NCBI RefSeq assembly: GCF_018350175.1
Contig: NC_058383.1
Span: forward strand, 11,348,001-11,412,000
DNA length: 64,000 nt
Reading direction: 5' to 3'
DNA from: Felis catus
Lineage: Eukaryota
Shown in pieces: positions 37,254-50,378 of the stretch. The position numbers and the translations under genes are program-made. The notes below the pieces were generated by a model. The model had not been told where the DNA came from and did no database searches. It was given only the letters and a program-made list of their open reading frames with translations. Each line of letters starts with the position of its first letter. Within the stretch, counting starts at the first letter, position 1.

Positions 37254-37474
37254 TTTTTTTTTTTTTTTTTAAGTGTTTATTTATTTGAGAGACAGAGAGA
37301 GAGAGAGAGAGAAAGAGCGGGGGAGAGGCAGAGAGAGGGAGACACAGAATCGGAAGCAGGCTCCAGGCTCCGAGCTGTCAGCACAGAGCCCAACGCGGGG
37401 CTTGAACTCACGAACCGCGAGATCATGACCTGAGCCGAAGTCGGACGCTGAGCCGACTGAGCCGCCCGGGCGCC
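37254..37474 (-). mobile_element. CanSINE
   Basis: SINE hallmarks. Confidence 0.93.
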
Positions 37475-38190
37475 TTGAACCGCATTCTTTATTACCACCG
37501 CCCTCGCCCTTGGGCTTCCCTCACGGACCTGGGCTGTGGGCTGGGAGTGGCAATGCGGGGGATGAGGAAGACACTGCCTCCAGACTCTGAGCGTCACCTC
37601 TGCTTGGCCTCGTTCAGCAGGGTCCTGCCTCCTGGATGGGTTCCCTTGGATCTCTGTGCTCTCCTGAAGCACTTTGCGGTTCACCACAGCCCTGGACCTT
37701 GTCCCCTGGGCCTCGGTTAACCCTCCCCGGGCGGACTGGTCTCTTTTTCTTCCAGCTGCATGGCTGAGACCCCCGGCATCATGCACAACCATGTGGTCAC
37801 AGCTTTTGGGGTTGGTACCTACGTGACTGACCGCAGTCAGGCCGTGCCGTCTGCCGAATTTGAGACCTTTAGCCCTGGCCTCTCCACTAGACCTACAAGT
37901 ATTTGCATTTAATGAGGAATTGAAACACTGCGTTACCATTCTCCTCCTCCTCCTCCTCCTCCGAGATTTCTTGGGCATCCCTCGATGGTCCTAATCCATA
38001 GCATAGCACGCGGACGCTCAAGAATATGGGTGTCACCTCCTTCCTGAAAGGACTCCCAGTCAGATTGGGCACCCAGAGGTCTCTGCAAACCAGGAGTAAG
38101 TCCCAGTGCAGAAGAGTGCCAGGTCACGAGTCCCTAATTTGTGAGTTCTTACCTAATGCTCCCCACATCCCTTCCTTGGAAGGAGAAGAC

Positions 38191-38406
38191 TTTTTATTAT
38201 TTTTAAAGTTATTTATTTATTTATTTAGAGGGAGCATGCATGAGCGGGGGAGGGACAGAGAGAGAGAGGGAGAGAGAGAATCCCAGGCAGGCTCCACATT
38301 GCGAGCACAGAGCTCAATGTGGGGCTCGATCTCCTGAACCATGAGATCGTGACCTGAGAAGACATCAAGGGTCAGACGCTTAACCGACTGAGCCACCCAG
38401 GTGCCA
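38191..38406 (-). mobile_element. CanSINE
   Basis: TSD ga(a/g)gacttttt. Confidence 0.9.
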
Positions 38407-38459
38407 TGAGGACTTTTTGGATCCTTGTTCCAAAAATCCATTGTGGATGAGTAAACATT

Positions 38460-38598
38460 TTTATTTTATTTTATTTTTTAAGTCACGTGTAGCTGACACA
38501 CAGCGTTAACATTAGTTTCAGATGCACAACAGTGATTCCACAACTTTTTTGTTTTTAATTTTTAGAGAGAGAGAGTGCACTAGCTGGGGAGAGGAGCA

Positions 38599-38649
<51 letters not shown>

Positions 38650-38970
38650 CGCGCAAAAGAATTTTAAGCAAGTTCCACGCTCAGCAGAAAGCCCGAAATG
38701 GGACTCAATCCCACAACCTTGGGATCATGACCTGAGCCAAAACCAAGGGTCAGGCGCTCAGCCAACCGAGCCACCCAGGCGCCCCAGTTCGACAAGTTTC
38801 TACATTATACTATCCTCTCCACAAACGTAGCTGCGGTCTGTCACCACACAACGCTATTACGATGCCATCGACTGCGTTCCCCGTGCAGTCTTCCATCCCC
38901 GTGACCCTGCTCCTTCTAGAACAGAAGCCGGCATCTCCCTCCCTCCTTCCGCCATTTTGTCCGTCCCCCG
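38460..38970 (-). mobile_element. Carnivore L1 3' end interrupted by a CanSINE (38545-38785, minus)
   Basis: tagctgacacacagcgttaacattagtttcagatgcacaacagtgattc matches the L1 3' terminus in reverse. Confidence 0.8.
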
Positions 38971-39776
38971 ACCCTGCTCCCCTCTGCTTGTTCTGGATGA
39001 GCAAGTGTTCTCTCACCTGAAATCAACATCAGCTATTGCTTTTAGTTTTCGACACCAACTAGTTTTAAGGCAAGTCGTTTCACCTCCGTGGGGCTCACAG
39101 TTGGCACGTTGGTCTGAAGGCTATCTGTCTGCGTCAGTGTGAGAGCCACTGATTGCGTAGCCTTGTAAATTTACATGGCGCTTCTCCCTATGTAAACTCA
39201 CCGTGTGTGCTCACTCTCCTAAGTGTGCTATGCTCCGTATTTTATAAACAGTACAGAAAAATGAGATTCGGAGAAATCTATTGCCTCTTTATTATATATG
39301 AGATTTTATATATATATACGTATATATACGTATTTATATATAAAAGTAGAAAAGGCAGAGCCTGGATTCAGGTCTTTTGGATAATTTTTCAGACCCTGTC
39401 GCCTCTCAAAGTACCGAACAACCGCACGGTGCAAGCCAAGCCCACCGGAAATCAAAAGCAAGCCACAACCCTCGGTGCCGTCCGTTGGGACAGCGTGCTG
39501 GGAATTCCGTCGGGGTGTCCCCGAGCACCCTGCAAAAGAGGCAGCGTTGTTATCAGGTGCTTTGTTTTGCACCAGCACCGCGCAGGCGGTGGCCCGTGGC
39601 CCGCTGTGGAAGAGGGCCTGGCACAGGCTCCAGAAACAGCACCTCATTTTCGAGTGACTTTAGAGCAGGTGCGCACGTAGGATGCAACGTCTCCATCCAC
39701 TGGACACCAAGTTCGAGTTCTTCTGCCGGCCGGAGGGGTCTTGGCACTATCCTTGGATGTTGATACGTTTTTGGAT

Positions 39777-39778
<2 letters not shown>

Positions 39779-39829
<51 letters not shown>
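39779..39829. repeat. (CA)n microsatellite
   Basis: Perfect run. Confidence 0.97.
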
Positions 39830-39830
<1 letters not shown>

Positions 39831-40862
39831 CCCTTTCCCGTTGTTGTTGCCCTATCAGCCTTTAAGTCCTTCTTGGTTACATTCCGTGGTGAGCTGGATC
39901 TCTTGATAAAGGAGCTCTGTACAGTGATGACAAGAATTGATTTCCAATTTCCTGCAGAATGACTCTATCATTGCTAGTGACTCAGGCAATTTAGCTCATA
40001 TTCCAGGCCTGCCTGGGGGTTATAGATCACACTGACAGCTTCCCAGTCACGCAGGAGGTGGATTTTGACAAGATGAGGAAGGAGGCATTTGCAGGGAGTT
40101 TTGCACTGGGGGTGGTCAGAAGGGCACAGCTGCCCCTGGGTCTTGGGCCCTGTGGGCGTCCTGTGGGGAGCAGACATGTCTCGGGCACGACGGGGAAGCC
40201 GGCTGGCGGTCGGGCTTCTAGTGCGCTGCCGGGGACAGCTCTTTCCCCGTCTCCGTAAACTATTCATCCCTGCTCAGCGTGAGAACATCCGAAGGCCCAG
40301 CCGAAAGACAGAGGGGATCACTTTCCAATAGTTTCCCCCTTTCCAAATACTTAGCGTCCGTCTATTAAGAGCTAACACCTAGACTGGTCTTTCCCTTTCT
40401 CCGTGGACTCTGTTAACAGCAGGTGCAATTCTTTGCATTTACTCATCGGTTCATTTTCATCTGCCAAACCTGCCCTGCTTGTGCCCTGGGTGCCACGGAA
40501 ATGGCTCTCCCCAAACGCACGTTGAAGGGACACAGACAGTGCTCTGCCCCGACTCCTCCACGCAGAGCGGGACGCGGCTACGTGGGGACCAGGACGCCTC
40601 CGCTAAAGCCTAATTCACCGAGTCCTCACGAAGACCCTAGGAGGCGGCCTGTTGCTATTTCTAGTTTGCAGATGTGGAAAGCAAGTCACAGAGGAGCGGT
40701 CCCACAAACAGAGTGGCAGAGCAGAGATTTGAACTCGGGCCCTTGGGAAACATTCTGTGCTCTTAAGCGCTGCACTATATCCCTCACGAACGATGGATAA
40801 AGCAGATGATTTTTCTATCTAGTGGGTTGAATGGAACCCCTAGAGACTCCCAATCGCCTTGC

Positions 40863-41010
40863 TTTTTGTTTTGTTTTGTTTTGTTTTTTAAGGAGGTTTC
40901 ACGCCCAGCATGGAGCCCAACACAGGGCTTGAACTCGTGACCCTGAGATCAAGACCTGGGCTGAGATCAAGAATCGTACACTTGACCCAGTGAGCCACCC
41001 AGGCGCCCCC
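40863..41010 (-). mobile_element. Short CanSINE variant lacking the (CT)n segment
   Basis: Head intact, joined directly to a (TTTTG)n tail; TSD-like aatcgccttgctttt/aattgccctgctttt. Confidence 0.85.
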
Positions 41011-41618
41011 AATTGCCCTGCTTTTATAAATACTTTACCAAAGTCTCTGACAGCACGGGTAATCACTGGAGTTCTGGGAACTGAGCACACACACGTGTGT
41101 GTGCAAATGTGAGTACGCATGGACACGCATGCATGCACGCACATCCATGTTCATGCAAACGCACACACACACACACACACACGCCCAAAGGACGTAGCTC
41201 GAGAAACCACAGCAGCAAGGTTAAGACACAGCTCTATGGAACAGACATGCCGATTTCTCTCTAGTCATTTGGCCCAGAAAATAGTTATTTAGAAATCACT
41301 GTTGAGCTACTTTCCAAGCCGATGCTCAGCTTGACCGACGCAGCAAGGAAGCTGACTGACCCAGCATATTCTGAGACCCGCCTGTGAGCCGGGGGCTGTG
41401 CTGGGCTCCTTCGTGGATGTTATAACGGGCTGACGTCCACAACACTTTACTGTGAGGACCATGTCTCCGTTTTACCGTTGGAGAGACTGAGGCTCAGGCA
41501 GACGTCTCTGGATCATAGAACTAGCAAGGGACAAGGACAGGATTCAAACACATGCCTCGCGGCACAACACTTCCTCCCAGAATAATACAGGTGCTTCCCA
41601 TGCGTGTGCTGTTGGTCA

Positions 41619-41933
41619 TTTTTATTTTATTTTATTTTATTTTATTTTATTTTATTTTATTTTATTTTATTTTATTTTATTTTATTCTATTCTATTCTAT
41701 TCTATTCTATTCTATTCTATTCTATTCTATTTTTTTAAAGTTTATGTATTTATTTTGAGGGAGAGATTGAGAAAGGGCAGAGACACAGAGAGAGAGAGAG
41801 AATATCCCAAGCAGGCTCTGCACCATCAGCACAGAGCCCGACATGGGGCTCAAACTCCTAAACCATGAGATCATGACGTGAGCTGAAATCAAAGAGTCCG
41901 ACGCTTAACCGACTGAGCCCCCCAGGCACCCCC
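41619..41933 (-). mobile_element. CanSINE with tail expanded to (ATTTT)n(ATTCT)n
   Basis: TSD tgt(t/c)ggtcatt; compound pentamer tract ~41619-41730. Confidence 0.92.
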
Positions 41934-42189
41934 TGTCGGTCATTATTTTAATCTGACAAATTGACTCTTGCAGACAGACCGAAGCACCTGATTCCCGTTC
42001 TGAGAACCTGGCCTGTGACCGGAAGAGGTCCCAACTGAGGTCCTGGCCTTGGCCCCCATTTCTCCTCCGAGTCAAGACCGCCACGTGGGCTCTGCCCCCA
42101 CCATCCAGCGGCTTCTCTGTGGGGATCTGTTTGCTGGATCTGCTCCCTCCCCCACGCCCTTTGAGGCACCGCATCGAAGGCTGCCAGTC

Positions 42190-42420
42190 ACGTCGTCGTC
42201 GTCTCTCATTAATGCTTCGGAGGACGAACGAGACAATATAATCGCTCCCTGCACACCTGTCAGGTAGGTGCTGCGTTAGGCAGAATGTTTGAGGTTGTTT
42301 TCAGTTCTGATCAAAGTGATTGAAACAGATGTACCTCGCGAGTCTTATTAAATGGCAGGGAAAACTGCTCATCAGACATCTGACTGGTCCCGCGAATTCT
42401 TTGTATGCAGACGATGTTGC
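42190..42420. promoter_or_regulatory. Candidate enhancer/conserved element
   Basis: CATTAAT, ACAAT, CTGTCA, ATCAAAG (TCF/LEF) next to TGATTGA (PBX-like), TTATTAAAT; also a CAG|GTAGGT donor match at ~42263. Confidence 0.3.
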
Positions 42421-42879
42421 TTTTTCCCCCTTAGATAAACAAGTGTTTAGTTTTCTGATCGATACTTAAGATTGGGCAAGCTGGAGGAGAATCCATTTAA
42501 TCCCAGACATAGTGGCAATGGCCTGTTGTGATGCTCTCCTGATACAGAGTTTAGAAGTAATTGCTCCCTTTGACAAAGGGAAACATTATCTGCTTCGCAT
42601 TCATTCACTCGTTTATTTATGTATTCAATAAATATTGACTGGGTACCTATCACGCGTCTCGTATTAGGTATTAGAATGTTCTAGTGATGAATCTGGCATG
42701 GTTCTTGCTTCCCGGAAGCCCACAGGCTGGGGCGGGGAGAGAAGTAAATACACAAACAATTACAGCCGAAGCACAGTAGGTGGATTACTCGTTCATGTAA
42801 TGTTTACAGACACGTGTGGCTGTGTCAGAATATGGCGATCACTGGAGCCACGGGGTGCGGGCCGGACCTCGTGACTCTC

Positions 42880-43780
42880 TTCTAATAAATAGACTCTGGC
42901 AAAATGATGGGGTGTCACTGCCAAGATTGGGGTACTCTCAGGGGTTCATTTGTGTCTCCCCCCAGAAACATAAAGGTATGATGGAGGCTTAACCCCAGGT
43001 TCCACAGAACGTAGTGTCTTTCTTTGGAAATAGGGTCTTTGCACACAAGGTCAGGTAAAGAGAAGGTCGTTAGGGTGGGCTCTAATCCAGTAGGACTGGT
43101 GTCCTTATACAAATGAGGACTGTGGACACAGAGGCAGACATACTTACAGGGGAGCCCGAGGTGAACATGAAGGCAGAGGTGAGGTGATGGGTCGATGAGG
43201 TAAGGAACCCCAAAGATTGCCAGCAAAGCACCAGAAGCCAGTGGGGAGGCATGGAACAGATTCTCCCCGCAGCCCTCGGAAGAAACCAGCCCGGCTCACA
43301 CCTTGATCTGGAGCTGTCAGCCTCCGGAACCGCGACGATGCGTTTCTGTGGTATTTGCAACGGCGGCCCAAGCAGGCAAATATGGTTACAGACAGTCTGT
43401 GATTTCTGCCCCATTCCCACTCTCTCTGGTTCCTCTCAGCTGCTCTGGTGAAGCCAGCTGCCACGTTGGGAGCTGCCCCATGGGAGGCGCATGTAGGAAG
43501 GAATCACAGGTGTCCTCTGGGCAACAGCCAGGGAGAAACTGAGGCCCTCTGACCAACAGTCTTTGAGGAATTGCCTCTTGCCCGCAACCATGGGAGAGAG
43601 CTTGGAAGTGAATTCTAGCCCTGCTGACAGCTTGGTCACAGTCTTCTGAGAGACCCTGAGCCACAGGAACCAGCTGAGCTGTGCTAGGATTCTTGACCCA
43701 CAGAACCTGAGATGATCAATGTTTGGTTTCAGCTGGTAAGCTTCGGAGAAATTTGTTACGCAGCCATAGCTCGCTGCTAC
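42880..43780 (+). mobile_element. MLT1B/C-like LTR (~42935-43380) nested in an older MLT1E/F-like LTR
   Basis: Inner: tttggaaatagggtctttgca...ggcatggaacagattctccc; outer resumes ttacagacagtctgtg...gagagagcttggaagtgaattct. Confidence 0.7.
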
Positions 43781-43988
43781 AATCTGTAAAATAGACTAGA
43801 CACTGTCCTGGGTCTCAGGGCAGTGCAGGTGACCCTGTCTTGGCCTTGTGAAGAGGCAGTTTGGTTAAAGAAGCTTGGGCTCTGACCTCTGGCTGTCTGG
43901 GGTTGGAATCCCAGTTCTGCTGTTCACTTGCTGTGCTGTGTCTACAAGTTACCTAACTTTGTTTTTTTTCCTCTATACAAAAAAGAAT

Positions 43989-44177
43989 GGGACACCTGGG
44001 TGGCTCAGTTGGTTGAGCGTCTGACTTTGGCTCAGGTCATGATCTTGTGGTTTGTGATTTCGAGCCCCGCGTCGGGCTCGCTGCTTTTAGCACAGAGCCT
44101 GGAGCCCGCTTCAGATCCTCTGTCCCCCTCTCGCTGCCCCTCCCCCGCTCGCGCTCTTTCTCTCTCTCAAAAGTAAA
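43989..44177 (+). mobile_element. CanSINE inserted in a MIR (~43850-44220)
   Basis: SINE head and CT tail; MIR flanks gaatcccagttctgc and gtgaggattaagtta. Confidence 0.88.
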
Positions 44178-46258
44178 TGACCACAACGGGGTTCCTGTGA
44201 GGATTAAGTTAATTTTTGGAGAGCCTTTAAAGAATTTATTTCACATCCAACAAATATTTACTAAGTGTCTGTGGCGGGGCACTTGGGGGATGCTGGGGTG
44301 GCAGAAGTGGCCTGCTTGGAGCAGGTCCCTGCCCTCCTGGAGTTTACGCTCTAGTTTACAATGTCGATACATCGTAGTCCACGTGTGTGGTCCCTGTGAC
44401 TGTAGAGGGGATTGAGGATGATCATATTGAGGCAGGACAGTTGACTGAGCCTGCAGCAGATACGCGGAGCAGGGAGGGAGACCTTCCGGTGAGGTGAGAG
44501 GGACCTGGGGCAGGGGGAGTCAGCTTAAGAGTTTTGAGACGTGGGGAGCAATCCTGCGTGCTACGGGTCGGTCAGGTGCAGGCACCCGGAAAGGCTGGAA
44601 ATACCATAGTGAGCCAGGCACGGAAACAGACACTGGTGCGTGGGGGTCTATGCACATGTCCGGGGCAGGATGCTCGTGTGTCAAGGTGTAAGAGTAGGAG
44701 GGCGGGAGCAGAGCCCCCCACGCCCCCCACCCCAGCCAGACGGGCTAACGCACTGTCTTCGTGCTGTAGTGGCTGAGGCTGCACTCTGATGGATTTCGGG
44801 ACATTCCAGGGAGGACAGGAGGCTCCATCAGTGCCGGCAGGTGCAGCGGCCCCCAAGGGCCACAGTCCGCAGGGCTGGGAGGGTTTCTGTGTCCGTGCTC
44901 CCAGCCTCAGGGGAGCAGAGAGGTCAGACTGGGTGGCAACTGGGATGGGGTTGGAGAGCCAGCCCCTGGAAGAAAACTGGACGGAGCTGGCCCCTGTCAG
45001 AAGGGCTTATAGAGAGGTAGGCATCGGCTCAACCCAAGAGCAGCTGGAAATGGGAACAGATGGGGCGGGGTCACCCACGACCCATCGGGCCTGCCCTCGA
45101 CTTCAGAACTCTCTGCGTGCTTCCGGTTCACAGTTCCGTGCAGCCACCCCGCCTCTTCCGGATTTAACTGCACCTCTGTCCACAGCGTGCGGCTGCCTCC
45201 TCCTCCGTGCTCCCTGGGGACGTGCTCCAGGCCGGCCTCCCCACCCGGGGCTGGGTCTTAGAGGTCGTGCAAAGGCAGAAAAGCACAACTGACAAGTCGT
45301 AATGAGTTGACGGAGAGGGTGAGGCAGTGTTTCTCATTGCAACAAAATCACCACCTCATCTTGCTGAAAATGCCCGTTCCGGGGCCCCTGGGACTCAGTG
45401 CATCAGAATCTCCGGGGAGGTGAGTAACAGAAATCGGAATGTTAATGAACTGATTAGCATATGTGTCTTTAACCCCGCAATTTGAGGCAAAAGTGCAGAT
45501 AAGTAGGAAAACCGGAAGCAAAGCATCGTGGGCCCCCTTCAGGGATGCCACATTCTTCAGGCTTCTCGGCGGCTGCAGAGGGCAGCAGGGTTGTTGTGGC
45601 CCCCCCCCCCCCCCCCCCGCTCTGCTTTTAGAAGCTTTACTGCCTTTCTGCCCAGACCCCTCAGCTGCCCTCTGTTCCAGGTGTGGCCCACCAGTTACCC
45701 TGGGTCCCCTTCCAGAGCTGCAGGCTCCAAAGTCACCCCTCCTGCCCCCCTCGGAACGCCCAGAGCCTCAGTGCAGTCGCTTATCACGAGATGGAGGGGG
45801 ACCTGGGGGTCCGAGGGATTCTTTCCCTTTTTGGGGGGGATGTCACAGAGCTGAAGGGCTGGACTTCCCAGGCTGTCTGTTCCAGAGGAGTTGTTAACTG
45901 GTGCCTTTAAAAAAATGGTAGTGGTTTGAGGGAGTAATGAAGTAGAATATCTTGAACCAGGGTCAAGGATTTGGGGAGACTTGGGGCATCTTTCCTGTTG
46001 GTGGCTGAGTACCTCCTACCCACCTGCTGGAATCTGGGAGGACAACCAGCCATCAGTCAATCAATCAATCAATCATAATGCAACACTTGCCTTAGCAACA
46101 TGTAGACTCCTTATCTTACTTATATGGACCAAATACATTGACAGCTGCAGATGGATAAAAAATTATGGACTGCAACATGCAGATTTAAATCGTTGCCAAA
46201 ATTATAAAATGCACCTCTAGTCATCCAGAGGCCATAGATCTGCTGTGTGCCTCTATGC

Positions 46259-46484
46259 TTTTTTTCAAAAAAAAATTTTTTTTTTAATGCGTATTTATTT
46301 TTGAGACAGAGACAGAGCGTGAGCAGGGGAGGGGCAGAGGGAAGGGAGACACAGAATCCAAAGCAGGCTCCAGGCTTTGAGCTGTCAGCCCAGAGCCGGA
46401 CGCGGGTCTTGAACTCATGAACTGGGAGACCGTGACCTGAGCCGAAGTCGGACGCTCAACCGACTGAGCCACCCAGGCGCCCCC
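46259..46484 (-). mobile_element. CanSINE
   Basis: SINE hallmarks. Confidence 0.93.
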
Positions 46485-46548
46485 TCTGTTTTATCAGCAC
46501 TTGTGGTCCCTGATCTGGGACAACCAGAATTTGAGTCAGAATGGTCTA

Positions 46549-46576
46549 TTTTTTAAAAAAATATTTTTACTTTACA

Positions 46577-46645
<69 letters not shown>

Positions 46646-46809
46646 ACAAGCGAGGAAGGGGCAGAGAGAAGGAGACACAGAATCCCAAGCAGGCTCCACA
46701 GTGCCATCAGCGCAGAGCCTGATACGGGGTTCCAACTCACAAACCATGAGGTCATGACCTGAGCCGAGACCAGGAGTCAGGTGCTTAACCGGCTGCGCCC
46801 CCCAGGCAC
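46549..46809 (-). mobile_element. CanSINE with long (GA)n
   Basis: SINE hallmarks; ~60-bp (AG)n. Confidence 0.9.
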
Positions 46810-47384
46810 ACACCCCCCCCCTTTTCAAAAGGAAGTGACATCTGAAGAAGGCAGCAAGCAGGCTGCGAGTCGTCTTATTATTTCAATTGCTGGTTTGCTC
46901 ATCCGTTCACTGACCTGACGATACGGTGGGACGCTCCGTGGGCACCAGGGCTGGAACAGTGATGCAGACGGACATTGGTCTCTTCTGGGCGGCAGCGCCT
47001 GGGGCTCCAGCACCGCGGGCGGCTCAGCTCCAGCAGCTTCCTCCACACCCGAGGGGGGGGGGCAGGCGCAGTGCTCGCCCTTTTCCCCCAGCTCTCGGCC
47101 CTCCCCTCTCGCTCGGCAGGGTCGGGTGCCTCCCCACCAGTGATACACGCCCCATCCCTTGGTGCTGCCCCTGCCCTGTCCTTGCTGCCAGGCCTGTGCC
47201 GGCGAGCTCAGTGGTGAAGCCCCTCCCTTTGGGGTCAGACCCACTTACTCAACGTCCTGTGCCAGGCGGGGGACCTGGCACTTTCCGAGCCTCCTCTACA
47301 AAATGGGCGTTAACGGTACTCACCTTGCAGGGTCAACTGTGGGTGTTCACATGAAATAATGTGCGTCAAGGGCAAGGATGGTGA

Positions 47385-48200
47385 TTGTGGCTTGCTTACG
47401 CACTGTCCAATCTCTCCTTTCTTAGTAACGGAACTCTGTACTGGGTACATGTAGATGTAATTGGAGTATAATTGGTGTATAATATCCTATTACTTTCAGG
47501 AGTATGTCATAGCGATTCGATATTTTTGTACATTACGAAGTGATTCCCCCAGTAAGCCTAGTTAGTTACCATGTATTTTTTATTTTAGAGAAAGAGAGTG
47601 AGAGCGAGTGGGGGAAAGGGGCAGAGGGAGAGGGAGAGAATCCTAAGCAGGCTCCACTGGACTCAGCATGGAGCCCGATGCGAGGCTCAATCCCACGACC
47701 CTGGGGTCATGACCTGAGCCAAAATCAAGAGTCAGACGTTCGACCGACTGAGCCACCCAGGCGCCCTAGCACCTTATATTTTTAAACTCAGTTTTTGCTT
47801 GGCCAAATGCTCTATTTCTCCATCTCCTTAGCAATGGGGTGGCCAATGGGATTGAAGCAGAAATCACTGGGTGAGGATTTGGAAAAGATCTTTAAAGGGC
47901 CCTGTTGCCTCTCCCCCTACCCCGTATCCTCTTTCTTCCTGTCTGAAACGTGGATGTGACGGCTGGCGCTCCTGCAGCTATTTCTGACTATGGGGTGTCC
48001 ATGAGGATAAAAGCCACTAAGGATGCTGGGATAGAAACATTGGAGAAGGCTGGACATTAATGATTTTCTGATGGGTTTTCCACGATGGCCTTGGACTGCC
48101 TGCCTTCCTTCAGACTTATTTTATCAGGGAAAAAGGAAATCTCAATCTTGTCAAACCGCTGTTATTTCTTTGACTGGCAGATCAGCCAGAAACAGTTTTC
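47385..48200. mobile_element. MLT1J/K-like LTR interrupted by an L1 3' fragment (~47450-47570) and a CanSINE (47575-47766, minus)
   Basis: ggccaatgggattgaagcagaa...ggatgtgacggctggcgctcctgcagctat; L1 tail and SINE hallmarks. Confidence 0.65.
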
Positions 48201-50378
48201 AGTGGCTACGAACACCTTACCCTGTGCCTGTTCCCTGTGAGCATTTGGGGTGGGGGGGGAGCCAGTACAGGAGCTGACCTGGAGGGGGCACTCAAGCCAA
48301 GGCGGCCTGTAGCTTTTGGTCTCTCATCCGGGTTTACAGGAAACACAAAAGGTTTCCCCACTGGATATGTTAGCTGTGGGAGGGGCAACCTTCACGTGGC
48401 TGGGGCCTGTCATACCCAACCGGTTAAAGGGGGCTCCGAGCCCGCTTTCTCTATCTAGTGTGGCCAGAAATCCCCAGAGGCGGCTGCCTGAATGCGCTGT
48501 CTCCCAAGGCCGATTGTTAATCTCTTTTCCTTGGAAACTTGGGACCTGGTGCCCTGCCTTCCCACAGGGAAGGAGTCCTTTGCAGGGATGGTTGTTTTGA
48601 CAGGAGACAGGCCAAGAAGGGCGTCTCTGCAGCCCGTGCATACAGCCCGGGTCCCTCTCACACAGGCTCCCAGGAGCTTCTACTCATTCCCTGACTCCAA
48701 CGGATGGCTCCGAGGCGACAGGGAAACCTTTGAAGTAGAAGCACTTGGACTAATGGTGTAATTACTCCACAGAACCATTTGCAAAGTAATTATGGACTAT
48801 TGTTAAGAATATCTTAGTTTTTTTTTTTTTTTAAGTAATGAGGCTTTGCTTCGATGGTGATGATGGAGGGAAAAGGCGATGATACACGTGCACATATAAA
48901 GAGGAGAGAAATACCCCCCCCCCCGGGCCCCCTCCTCTCAAAGTCATCTGCCCCTTCCCCATCCACCTGATGCAAACCCAGAAACTCTCCGGGAACCCGC
49001 CACTGACCCTGAACGTGCGTGGCCGCATTCTCTGCCCTGCTCGGATGGGCCTGCTACGAAAATGAGGTTTTGAGAGATACTGGCTGTAGGATAATTTGCT
49101 GAGAAATGCATGTTTCCTAAGGATGGAAGGACTTTGAGGCCACGCCATCAACACAGTGGAAGCCTGGGGGAGGAGGTCTTTACGTGAGAATGTTCCGGAG
49201 TAGCTCTTATCAGCACCCGATGCCAGAGCCGGGCTCCCTTCTTGGCCCAGCACACCCCATCCCTTGACGCGGGCCCTGCAGCCTGCTTTCACCCAGCCCG
49301 CTGCCTCTGCTAAGAGGGGCCACGGCAAGCTAATTGAGATACATATGACAATATTAACTTTTTGAATATCGTATTAGCTCTCCATTAGGATAAATGAGGT
49401 GCGCAGAGAAATTGTAACAGAGCATTAGTCTCTGTGTCCACTTAGCACGTTGATTACGTCCGGAAGAGATCCTCAAAGCCCACCCCAGGGATGGGAGGGA
49501 GGGGAGGGCTGAATCCAAGAGCACTCTTTCTAGATGGAAATTTAGTCTGAAGGTAAACGCCGGTGACAAAAGAGAGGGCAGCGTGGAAGACTGGTCTTGG
49601 ATGGAAGGAACTGGATGCATCCAGGTCCTTCCTGATGTCAGTCCCCTGGACCCCAGAGGAAACTGAGAGAACCCTCCAGGCGGCCTGGCACAGAGTGATA
49701 ACGATCGTGACTAATCATAGCTACCGTTTATTGAGTTTGTGGAATGAACAAGCCCTTGGCATGTCACTTAACCCTCACTTTAGTGACGGAGGGCCACAGG
49801 GCCAGACAGGGAAGGGGTTCGCCCAAGGTCTCCAGACTCTCAAGACAGAACTTCCCTCTGGAGAGGAACCACAAGCCTAGGCTTGCCTAACGCCGGAGTC
49901 TGATGCCCTAGCGTCTTGCCCTGCGGTCTTGCGGAGTGGATGGGGGGCGGGGACAGGTGTGGGGCAGCCTGCATATCCCCAGCCAGGGTGTCTGTTCTGT
50001 CTGTTCAGTCTGTTCAGTCTGTTCTGGCTGCTGTAACAAAATATCCCAGACAGGGTGGCTTATCGACAACAGAGATTTATTTCAGGAGCCAGGAGTCAGA
50101 GATCCGGGGGCCAGCATGGTCGGGAGAGGGCTGTTTTCTGAGTCACAGACTTCTTCTTATGTTCTTGTGCAGTGGAGGGGGCTAGGGAGATCTGCAGGAT
50201 CTCTCTTTTTACCCCCCGTCTAATTGATTTACTTTATTATTTAATCACTTTATTACTGAGGTATAGTTGACATACAGTGTTGTATTAGTTTCAGGAATAC
50301 AGCATCGTGATTCGACACTTACATACAGCACTCAGTGCTCACCCTGGTAAGCGTAGGCACCTTCTATCACCGTATAAC

